Part shown: in pieces, positions 46,701 through 58,700 of the stretch
Position numbering within the stretch: the stretch's first letter is position 1
How the letters are laid out: the number at the start of each line of letters is the position of its first letter
Assembly: GCA_047495785.1 (NCBI GenBank)
Contig: JBLDXI010000003.1
Span: forward strand, 1,612,001 to 1,676,000
Reading direction: 5' to 3'
Length of the DNA stretch: 64,000 nucleotides
DNA from: Lepidodermella squamata
Taxonomy: Eukaryota > Animalia > Gastrotricha
Program-made: the position numbers and the translations under genes
Notes under the pieces: model-generated
Told to the model about the DNA's origin: nothing
Databases searched by the model: none
What the model saw: only the letters and a program-made list of their open reading frames with translations

Positions 46701-49700
46701 GTGCCCGTCAACGAGGTGGGCAAGGGCGTCGCATCAAAGGCCGCGCAACGTGCCGCTCAAATCGCGCCGCAATCGCCGCCGCTCGAGATCAAAATCACCG
46801 ACGCTGCGGAGGGCGCTAAAGCGAAAATCGAGTGGAAAAAAATCGCCGAGGCTTCGAAAGGCTACGTCGTTGAAGTCCTCGAGCCGGCAACTGGCGAATG
46901 GGTCGAAAAAGCTCGCGTGCCTGAAACCGCGAATTGCGTTGAAATTAAAGACCTGGACGCGTTTAAGGAGTACCAAATCCGGGTAGCCGGGGTCAATGAA
47001 CTCGGCGCCGGAGTTCAGTCGGAACCACTAAAACGAGCTGCCCGCGAGAAATCGCCCTTGAAATCCGTAACTGGCGTCAAGGTCACGGATGACCAGGGTT
47101 CGAGTTGCAAATTAAGCTGGACCGCGGCGTCTGCGGCTGGTCGCAAATCGATAAAATACCAGGTCGAAGTTATGAAAATCGGGGTCGATAACAAATTCGC
47201 GATTCAGCAAGAAAACGTCGAATCCACCTCAATTTCCATCACCGATCTAGCGACTGATATCGACTACGCCTTCAGGGTTAAGGCCGTCGATGCTGATACG
47301 AAGGAAACCGGACCCGAATCCGAGGAGGTGATCAAGAAAAAGGTCCCGGTTGTCCTAACCGCGCCGGCTAATTTGAAAATCGCCCAATTAACCGAAACTT
47401 CATGCTCGCTGGCTTGGACCGCGCTCGATATTAAGGAGATTAAATACCAAATCGAGCAGAATAACGGGCAAAAATGGCAGATTTTGAGCGATAAACACGC
47501 GGAGAATTCGTATGAGATCAAGGATCTGAAGCCGGATGGTAAGACGTTGTTTTTGGTTCGCGCGAAAACTTCCTACACAGCCGGCCCGCCTTCGAATGAA
47601 GTCTCGTTCCCGGTTATACCGAAAAAACCCGATGGACTGGTTTTCAAGCAAACCGGCGAGAATAAGGGCGAGCTGACGTGGAATTTCGAGCGGCTCAGCG
47701 GCGAGTTGTTCAGCGTTGAAGTCGGGACGAATGGCAAATTCCGGGAGGCCGCGAAAGATTTGGCTGAATTCCGATCGGAAATTACCGGGTTGAAGCCGGA
47801 AACCGACTACGCATTCCGGGTTCGGGCGAAGAACCCGTTCACCAGCGAATTTGGCGAGTATTCCGCGGAAATTACCGCGAAACTAGCCGGAACCGCGCCT
47901 GGGGATGCTTACAAACTGGAAATTGCTGAAATTAAGGAGGCTGATTCTGACTCGAACCGAGTTTGGGTTTCGTGGAAGAAACTGGCGCCGGAATTGTTGA
48001 AAAATTTGACTGGCTACCAGGTCGAGGCGCAACCAGCTGGTTCGAACGAGAATTGGGTCAAAGTTGGGTCGACCTTCAATACCGAAGCCGGGCAGCTCGA
48101 TGTTGACGTGGATCGGACGAAAGATTTCAACTTCCGCGTCGCCCCGGTCAATGACTACGGCGTCGGCCCGGCCTCTGAGCCGAAATCCCTGGCGAAGCGC
48201 AAGCCGCAGCCGCCGAAAATCGCCCCGGTCGAGGTTCAGGTCTACGAGGGCAAAGACGACCACCACGCGACTGTTTCGTGGAAATCGCTGCCGAATTTGA
48301 TCGGTTGTTGCTATGCCGTTGAGAAGAAAACGTGCAGCGGCGCGCCCGAGGACGATTGGCACGTGGTTGCCGGTGATTTGGCCGATTCGAAGTTGGATGT
48401 TGGCGATTTGATACCCGAGGCGACGTATGCGTTCCGCGTGTATGCGAAAAACGAGGCTGGACGCGGCCCTTCGTCCGCTGAGATCACGCTGGCGAGTCGA
48501 GGTAGGCGGCACAACCATTTTTATTATTTTTCTAAAACGCTGAAATTGCATGTTGATGTTGAGTTTATTCCGAAGCATGAAAATGATGATGGCTTCGAAT
48601 TTTTTGTTGCTAAAGCTGAGGATATGTAGTGCATGTGCTGATTCTTTAATTTATATAATTATAATATTATCCTAAAAATCGTTTTTTTAATCAATTGTAT
48701 GTATTTTCATCTTTTAATTCAACTTCATTTAAAATAATATGCGATATCTGTTGTGTAACTGCTACATTTATCACTGATCAGAGAAAATCCATGATTTGAA
48801 TCAGTCGGAATTTCTTCAAAATGAGAATTTGAAACCTTTCACGAACCAAGAAGATTGGAACCTAAGTTAAGGTGGAATCCAAACAGGCTTTCAAAAACCT
48901 GGTTTGAATTTCACTATTAAGTGGTCTTGAAGTTCGAATTTCGGGAAAATATGTTAATTAAAATTGAATTGAAATTTTCAAACCGAAAAAAATCTATTCA
49001 AATTATTTTTTCACTGGATTGTGATGCACCCTATAAATATTAGAAAAATTACAGATTCAAAAAATCGATATGGGCTTCAAAACTAGAGTGAAACTCGTAA
49101 TACCGCGAAATAGAGAGATTCATCAGTCATCAGCATGAAAATTATTGAGATATAAAAGTAAACTTTCGAATTTCGAAAACCATTCTTTGGGATTTTTTCG
49201 TGCTAAAACCTCGAATTGAATCCCTGAACCCTAAATTCAGAGCTCCACTCGGTATACCCATTTCAGGGCCACATGGAATATGTAAGCACTATAAGAAAAA
49301 TACTCAATTATTTTATGAATTTTTCGTTTAAAATTTATACATTTTGATGATATTTCGCTCCATTCAATTTTCTATTAAATTTCTTGTGGCATGTGGAAAA
49401 ATCCTCTCTCCTAACAACAAGTGTAAATTCAAAGAGCTTTTAATTATTCTTATCGTGTAATATGGATTCCGCAAGCATCAACAAATTACTCCATCGCATG
49501 GTATTTTTTCAAATTTTTCTATCATATTTTTTTTCATTTTATTCTTGAGCTTGACATCGGTTTTATCTGAAATTCCCGCTGCATGCTTTGATCGGTTATG
49601 AAAAATTTATAATATTTGCTCCGATTCGCTTTCAACTTATTTTTATACTCTGTTTGTCTATCTTAATTATAACTCAGTATTTGAAAAAAGTTTTCCGGTT

Positions 49701-52700
49701 ATGCATCATTCTCATTATTACTGGATTTTGAATGGCAATAAAAACCTCGAATTCACCGCATGATTTTCTGCACGCTGCTCAAATTTCGCCTCGAAAAACC
49801 GTCGTTGAAACAATATTCGATATAATCCGCGCAGTTAAACCGCCATCGCAAATTCCGACCGGCCTCACCGTCAAACCCGTCGGCCAGACGAAGGCGTTGC
49901 TGGAGTGGACCTTCCCAGAGGCGAAAACTCCGCTCACCATGTCGATCGAGCACCGGCAGCTGCCGAGCGGCACGTTCAAGCCGCTGGCGGAGAATTTAGC
50001 CGGCACGTCGTACGAAGCCGGCGCGCTCAAGCCCGATTACGAGTACGCGTTTCGCGCTCGCCTGCAAAACAAGCTCGGCCAGCTGGGCCTGCCCTCGGCC
50101 GAGGTTTTGCTGGGCAAGCGAGCCAAGCCGGACGCCGTTCGCGGCGCGCCGGCCCTGAAAGAGCTAGCGACGCAAAAAGGCAGCTACGAACTTTCGTGGC
50201 CCGAACTGCCGGCAACCGACGGCGGCTCGGACCTGCGTTACGTAATCGAGTACGCGAGCAGTGAACTGGCGCCTGGGGCGTGGCAGCCCATTTCGACGCC
50301 GTCGCCCATCCTACGGCCGCCGTATCTCCTCACGGACTTGAAGCCGGAGCACGACTACCGGTATCGCGTCATTGCGGAGAACAACTACGGCCAGTCTGAG
50401 CCGTCTATCGAAGTTTCGCGCAAACGCCGGGTCAACCCAGGTACATAATATTGCCCGGTCACGTGACTGTCTAATCTCATCTCTCTCTTGATTCTTTGTA
50501 TAACTCTCGATCTTAATAAATTTATTAAAAATTTAATATTTTTCGTTTTTTTAAATATTTTAAATTTTTCCTAATTTTTTCCAGTTGCTCCGAACCGTTT
50601 GTCTGGCAAGCCGTTGATTGACAACGATACGGGAACGTCGTGCCGCTTGAGTTGGATGCCGTTCAGCAATGTTATGGATGATGAGCCGTTCTGGTACCAG
50701 ATTGAACGCGCTGGTGAGGGTTCGCGAAATTGGGAACCTATCGCCAAAGATCTGCGCCAAAATGAGTAAGATATTTTCAATTCGATCACAAAATTCTGAA
50801 ATAAATTTTTTTAAATTTTCTACTTATCTTCGTGGTTTTAATTTTTATGTTATTTATACCTAGAGCAGTTATTACCGAAATTTGTAACATCTAAAATCTT
50901 AGAAGTCAAAGCTCTAAAATTGGGCTCTCTATTTTTTTTGAAATTTCGCGAATGCTTTGGATTCACCCTTGAAACTTCGAAAAATTGGTCTGCTGTATGC
51001 TTCTTCACCACTGCCTTCAAAATCTGGCTTAATTATGGCTTAAAAGTTTTCGAAATTTTGCGAAATTTTCAATTTTTCAAATTTAATCATCAGCAATTTT
51101 CGAAATTTCACAAATTTGCGGTTTTGATAATCTCATTCTTTGATTTGTTTAATTTACATTTTTTTCAAAATTCTTCGGATATTTCTGCATCATTTCGCGT
51201 TTTTTTTCAGGTATTTGGTTTCTGACATCAAACCCGAAGATTACTGGCGATTCCGCGTCCGCACCATCAACCGATTCGGCGAGGGCGACCCGTCCCAGGA
51301 AGTCATCCGCGACCGCCTGGTCGACCCGATCCCGCCGAAAAAGCCCCGTCTCGCGCCCATCCTCGCCGACATTGACGACTACAGCTGCCAGCTATCCTGG
51401 CCAACAATCGCCGCTCATGGCGAAGAACCAGTCTCATACACCATCGAACGCCTGTCCGGGTCGGACTCGTGGAGCCCGATCGCCCAGGATCTACGCGAGA
51501 CGACCTACATCGCCCGGGACCTGCTGCCCGAGGACGAATACTGGTTCAGAATCCGGGGTAAAAATCGATTCGGCCTGGGTGACCCATCGCCCCATGCCAT
51601 CCGCTACCGCCGTTACGACCCGGTGCCGCCAAAACCGATTTCGGGCGTCCCGACCCTGACGGACCTAAGCGACACCTCGGTCCGGCTGTCGTGGTCACCC
51701 CTGCGCGGCCCAGGCCCAGACACCCTGTACATCATCGAGGTCTTCGAAACCGATGCGAATAATTGGAAACCGTACCCGAAAGAGGTCACCGAGTCGTACT
51801 ACGACATTTTAGACCTACCGCCTAACCGCGACTATCGATTCAGGGTTCGGTCGAAGAATAAGTACGGAACCAGTGAGGCGAGTCGCGAGGCGTACCGGCC
51901 GAAATTATACGACCCGTCCGCCTTTAAAGTCCCAGGCCAGCCGCAAATTTTCGATCTGGACGATACGTCATGCAAATTGTCATGGCGGCCCCTGGAAATT
52001 CCTGATATTCTCTACCGGGTTGAGTCGATCGACGAGACCGGCAAGGACTGGTCGCTGCATGCGGATCGTTTGCGAGAACCGCCGCATATCATTTCGGACT
52101 TGAAGCCGGATTTGGATTACCGATTCCGGGTTCGGGGCTTTTCGGACCGGTACGGGATTATTGGCGAGCCGAGCGCGGAGGTGTATCGATATGGGCCGTA
52201 CTCGTCGTCGAGCAAACGGGCGCCGCGGTCCCCCGCTGGTCCGCCCGTGTTGACGGAGATTGATGAGACGACTTACCGGCTGTCGTGGGCGGCGTGCCGC
52301 GAGCATAATGTCAAGTACACGATTGAGGCGTTCGACTCGGACCGATGCGAGTGGTACCATTTGGTGGACGATAATCCGGATCCATGGTAAATTTTACTCA
52401 TACTTCAGCCGCTTTTACAATTCGAATGGCAAATGACTCATTGTTAATAACGGTGGTTATTAGAATATACAATAATATCGCGGGGTGGGCGACAGAACGA
52501 CCTGACTAGAATAAAAACAAATGGCGTAATGCATTTGATGGACAGGGTTTTGTGGAAGGAGAAGTTGGGCAAAAATTCAGGCAATTCTTGAGATTAACCT
52601 CTTCGCATCAAGGCTTTTCTTCTAACTTCTAAGGCTTCATTCGAAGGCTTTATGTAGGATTTAGGCGGCTGCTAAATGCCTGCTGAAGTCTGAGTCAGGC

Positions 52701-55700
52701 GAAAGGCGTGATCCTATTTAATACCCCGTCGGTATTAAGATGGAAAGCAAATGTGGCAGGATATGGTAGGACTCTTAAATGAACCAAAATGAGAGAGCTT
52801 GAGCTGTCCGCAAAACCGAATTTGTGTCAATTATTATGTGTCATGTCTGATTATTTTTACGATTTACCATGAACTACAATGCACAAAGTTTGTCGATTGT
52901 TTTTCAAATCTCTTTCAATTGAGCCAGCCATTTTTGTTTGCTATAGCAAATGTTCGTTACGTTTTGTAGCGGTAGTTTTATGTTGATTCCCCGCTACTGG
53001 TACAGATCATCGGGTTCACGGTTCACGGTTCACGGTTCACGAGTCCAAGCGGGTTAGGATGTCACTTACTTATAAGCAGTTCAGCGTGTAATTTCTTAAT
53101 TTTAATTTGGGGGTGGGTTGAGGGTTGCTAGATAAACCCTTGATTATAATTAACGTGACAATTGTGAAGCGTCATAACAAGTAGTAAGCATTGAACATTG
53201 AGAGATTGCTGTTGTTGTTGTTTATGCCTCTACGCCGTATATTTATACTCTAAGCGCGTTTAACGCCGTAAATCAGCAAGCGGTCTGTGATTAATACCAA
53301 TGTGGTACTAATGAGGTATTAGTCACAAGGCAAGCGGTACCCAATCACCGCGCGCAACACTTACTTATAAGCAGTTTAGCGTGTAATATCTCAATTTTAA
53401 TTTGGGGGTGGGTTGAGGGTGGCTAGATAAACCCTTGATTATATTTAATGTGACAGTTGTGAAACGCCACAACAAGTAGCAATCATTGATAGATTGTTGT
53501 TGTTTATACCTCTGTTAATCTATTATAATTTATTACTATTACAGATTGTTATAATGATTCTGTAGTGTAAATAGAATTAATCTCATATTAATGATTCATT
53601 TTACAACTAATCATGTTGATTAAGTGTCACATTGTTTACAACAAAGGCCGCGGCAGTTATCGCCGCATATATAAGTTCAGCCCTCTCGCACTGCGGGATA
53701 ATTTGAAATTTCCGTCCCGTAGAAATGGGAACGCATCCCGCACCCATCCTGTTGTGATCCCGCACACTGCTCCTGCGTGATGAACCGCGGGATCAGAGCA
53801 GGCGATATCCCGCAAGCTATATCCCTTGCTTGTTATGAACAATTTCTGTATTTATAGAGTACACGCAGAGTTGAGAAATTGAGGCCCGACCCGGCCCGTC
53901 AGTAAATAACTTCAAACCCGGCCCGGCCGGTTGAAAAAAAATCACACGAAATTAGTATTCATTCTTCCTTCTCGTTGGTCAATAACTTCAAAGAGACTTC
54001 ATTTTTATTAAAAATTGGCATCAGTGATGATACAAGATCAAAATTTTGCTACGGGAATAATAACTTGAAATCTAACTGTCAAATTTACCAAAAACAGTTG
54101 TTAAGAAATCCTAGAAGACGGGTTTAAAAACCAGACCCGTACCCGCCCAAACCCGGTATTCTTGTACGGTTTATAACCGGCATCGTGCATCAGTCTTAGC
54201 GCAGTTCTGCTTGACAGATTCAGCTTGCGAGGAATGTTTCTGGAAGAAACCGGCCTCTTTCGCTTCAAACTGCTCAATTCCGGGCCCACATTAGTTCCGT
54301 CCGGCCCCCAAGCGTCGGTTGCGAAATTGGAGGGTAAAAGTTTATTTGTGCGATGTGTGCGATTTGTGATATATGTAAGAAAGGTACTTTTTTCATACAT
54401 AAATATGTATGAAAGTGCACTTTGTTTATATGATTCTGCTATGAGGGAGTTAGGTAATTGATATAAGGTTCACTTTAAACCGGTGGCTTGCGGCTTATCG
54501 TTTTCAAAATGGAAAACAACGAAGAAGTTAGGCCGAACAATGGCGAAATTCCGCCTGCTGTGCAAACGGACATCCATGTTCTCCCTGGAGATCCACTTGA
54601 TAACATTTATGAAGCTATTTTGGCTGGCCGGACGTTCGGCGAAGAAGATTTAGCTCCTAATGGAATGATTCAGCAGATGCTAAACGCTGTTGATCGAGAT
54701 AGGCAGTATTTGGAAACCGCGCTGCAGCAGGCTGTACCTACTACCCGAGAGGCAGCCTTACTGCAAGGGCGTGGTATGGATGGGGCTATGCATATGAATT
54801 ACGGTATCGCCGCACTAAGAGGTTGTGTTGGGACTATTTACCAAGCGCGTAAGTGTCATATCCATGCCATTTTGAACTGAAGGATGAAGAATGCAATTTC
54901 AGTATTATCCAGGCTTCCACAAAGTGTGCTTAACGCCATCGTACGACCACTATTGGATAATGCTATTCCTAATATCTTCCGAAGTACCAGGAAGGGACAA
55001 GTAACAGCAATTGAGTCAACTGCGCAACTCTACGCCAATGTTCGCGCACTTCCTGATGGAGAAGTTTCGAGAGCATTATTGAATCGAATTAATGAGATAT
55101 CCGAGGAAAATAGCCGTAGCCTAGAAGCTGCTGAGCGCGAAAGTCAGGAATATGCGATTCAACAGGCATCGCTAGCCAGGAGAAACAAAGGAGTTCTTCA
55201 TGACATAGCTAAAGCCTTACGGAATTCTAAAAATCGCGACGCAATCAAATGTCGCAATGAAGCTAAAAAGATAGCTAAGTCGTGGAAGTGGGTGTTCGGC
55301 ATGGCGGCAGTAGCGGTCGCTGCGGTTGCGATCGTCGTTATTACCGGAGGGGTGGCAGCTGCAGCTGGCGCAGGGGCTGCTGGCGCCGGAGCAGCTGGTG
55401 CAGGAGCGGCTGGTGCAGGAGCGGCTGGGGCAGGGTTAGCTGATACTCTTTATGCGGCTTCAATAGTTGCTGCTGCCGCAATGAAATGCGTGCGCACTTG
55501 AGTGTTCGATGGGTTTGCAAAACTTGAGAGAATATGAACACATGCGCGGTCTCTTTTATTGCCATCGCATTTTCAAAGCACTATAATTGTTCGCTTGCGC
55601 GATTTTTTTCAAAATATCCGAGCTCGACTCACGAGCTCACGAGATCGACTGTATAAATACAAAGCTCGATTTAAATGAATATGAACGTGAATATCCGCCG

Positions 55701-58700
55701 ACGTATGCCGCCTTCATGAAACTTGATTGCTGCCCTGTTGATAATTCTTATATTATTATCAAGCATATTTAGATGATAATAAACACTTTTCATTTGATAG
55801 CCGACTTCAACCAGCTTCTTCTATAACCAAATATGTTTACCGGGCAGGATGAACTTGCACGAGGCTAAACCCGATTGGCGGCCCCTTTTTCGTATTAGCA
55901 TCTTAGGCCAGATTTACGGAGTCAAAGTTCAACTACGTGTTGCTTTGATGGTCGATATGATAGCATAACTGGCGCTTGGCAGCACGCGATTCTTTCAATT
56001 GATTAATTTGGTATGATAAAAAATCACACCCACCAACCCGACCAGCCCCAATATCGCGACCGAGCCAGCAACAAGTAGTTGGACTTAGACACTGCATATC
56101 GAATAACATAACATAACATCTTCTTTATTTCGTTTCAAGATTTTAGAACAAAGAGACAAAAAACCTATACAGATAACGAAATAAAAGTCACTCCGGTGTA
56201 CCCAGTATGGCTGAAGGATGATGGTGTTCCTCCAACCATACCGAGTGTCGGAGGAGGACCAACGTTAGTCGATCCCAAGTCAGACCAAAATCAAAGTGTC
56301 TTGAATATGTTGAAAATTCGATATGTTTTGTTTGAAAGTTCGAAAATGTGCAAAATGAATTTATAATTCGACAATCATTCTTCTGTATATCTGCATATTG
56401 AGACTAAGATATTTTGCGAATGATAGATATCTAAATATTTGTGCACTAAATCACTAAAATAATGTTGCAACGCCAAAATGTAGCTTCCTGGCGCGAAAAG
56501 TTTCCGATTCTTCCGATTTCCGTTTTTCATGTTGATCGATACTGGCGCCATAATTGGATGTCTTGTTCTAGTCCCATGGTGCCATAAGCTAACTAGAAAA
56601 ATTATCGATTCTGGAAAATTCTGGAAATATTTCAAAATTTATTTCCATTAAGGCGGAATTTTCATTTTTAAATATATTTAGTATTAATAATTCTCGCTAT
56701 TTATAGGTACGAATTGCGAAGCCTTCGCACCGACATCGACTACCGCTTCCGAATTCGGGCCCACAATCGCTACGGCACCAGCGAGCCATCACTCGAGGCC
56801 CTGCGCCCGAAACGCGCCGACGCAAAGGCGCCGCCCGGCCCGATCCCAGGCATCCCGACTCTGCTCGACCTAACCGACACAACCAGCCGCATCATGTGGC
56901 TGCCCGTCTACGGCTCGAAAAACTCGCTGAGCTACATCATCGAAGTCATGGAACACGAAGTCTGGATCGAATGGGCTAGAGACATTACCATGACGTCTTA
57001 CGACATTAAAGACCTGTCCAGCGACCGCGAGTACTTCTTCCGGGTCCGGGCTAAAAACGCGTATGGCTACTCTGAACCTTCAGCCTCAGTCCGACGATCG
57101 GCGAATGTCGTTAAATCGAAGGAATTACCGCCGCGGCCTGTTACTAGCCTACCTTCGATTTTGGAGATGAGCGACTCGCACATCCAGTTGTCGTGGGAAC
57201 CGTCCCGTTTGCCGGGTAACGCTAAGCAGACCCGGATTTTCTACGTTGTCGAGGGTTACGATAACGAGCTGTCAACTTGGAAGGTTCTAGTCGACGATTT
57301 GGAGGATTTATTGGTCGAATTCGATAATTTAGACCCGAATAAGGAGTACACGTTCAGAATTCGGGCTAAAAACGAGTATGGCCAGTCTGAGCCGAGTGTC
57401 CCGGCGACGAGGTACCGCAGACGGGCGGTTGCTCGCAGCCCGCCTGCCACCCCAGGATCGCCGCCTTTGGTTGAGGAGTCGGGTGAAAGATCGGTTCATT
57501 TGTCGTGGGTTGCGCCGCATTATGCTATCAAAACGCCCGCTGATTACATTTACATCATCGAAACTCGCGAAGAACTGACCATGGTGAGAAAATCTTAAAA
57601 ATAACAATTTTTCAAATTTTTTTAAACATTTCAAATTTCAAATTTAAAAAAAATTAAATTTCAATAATTTTTTTGAATTTTTTAAATTTTCGATTTTTGA
57701 ATTCATTGTCTTGTTTTTTTCGCAGAGATGGACCACTTTGGTTGAGCAGACTCAAACTCAGCTTGATATCAACGACTTGATTAAGGACGCTGATTACTGG
57801 TTCCGTTATCGAGTGAAAGATATCAACTCTGGGCTGATTTCATCGCCTAGCCCTGACACTGTTCGCCGCAAGAAGGTTCCTAAGAGTAAGTTTAAATTTC
57901 CGCAGATTTTTCCCTTACTTTTTTCACCAAATTTTCAGAGGCTCCTATGATTTTGCCAAACCGGCCTCGAATTACCGAAATCGACGACCACACGATCAGA
58001 CTGAACTGGGCCTCTCTGACAGCCCGGGGCGTTGATTCGGTGACTTATATCGTCGAAATGCTGATTGTTGGCACGAGCGAATGGATTCGTGTCGATCATA
58101 ACATTTCAGATACGAGCAAACTCATCAAGGATTTGGATGCTACAAAGTCGTACTCGTTCCGCATCAAGTGCGAAACGGAATTCGGCATCAGCGATCCATC
58201 GACCGAGGTCGTTTTGAAACAACGCAAATACACCAATGAGAAACTCGACGTTGGATGTAAGAATTTTGCATTCCTATTTTTTTTTTATTTTATTAATTTA
58301 TTAATTTAAAATTTAAAATTTTTCGAATTTTTCAATTTTTTATTTTGAGTTAAGTTTTTTCAAAAAAATTCAAAAATTTCAAAAAAAATTTCAAAATTGA
58401 AAACTGATTTTGAAGTCTTGAAATTGATTATAATTGATTTTTTAAATATTTTCAGTGCCACCTGCCGCTGTTATCACAAAGCCATTGGTTATCGACAACC
58501 CAGCCAGTCGATCAGTTAAGTTGTCCTGGAAACCCGCCAGGTCTCGCCAGCGCCAACGCTACAACGATGAGGAAATCATCCTCGTTTACACTATTCAGAT
58601 GTGCATCATGGGTAAATTTTTTATCACATTTTTTAACAACTCCAATTTCGTTTCCAAATTATGTTTACCTATTGATTTTGTTATTGCCTCTTCCACCTGG

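Noticed and set aside
53013-53040. Possible interstitial telomeric repeat
   Set aside because: GGTTCAC does not match known animal telomere motifs and has only four units.
54878-54880. In-frame TGA between ORFs 54488-54880 and 54884-55501, suggesting selenocysteine or stop readthrough
   Set aside because: The TGA lies within a canonical 54-nt GTAAGT...TTTCAG intron typical of this genome, and I found no convincing SECIS downstream.
56140-56300. Short + strand frame RTKRQKTYTDNEIKVTPVYPVWLKDDGVPP after an acceptor-like site, suggesting a second peptide precursor
   Set aside because: No upstream signal-peptide exon or coherent gene model could be built.
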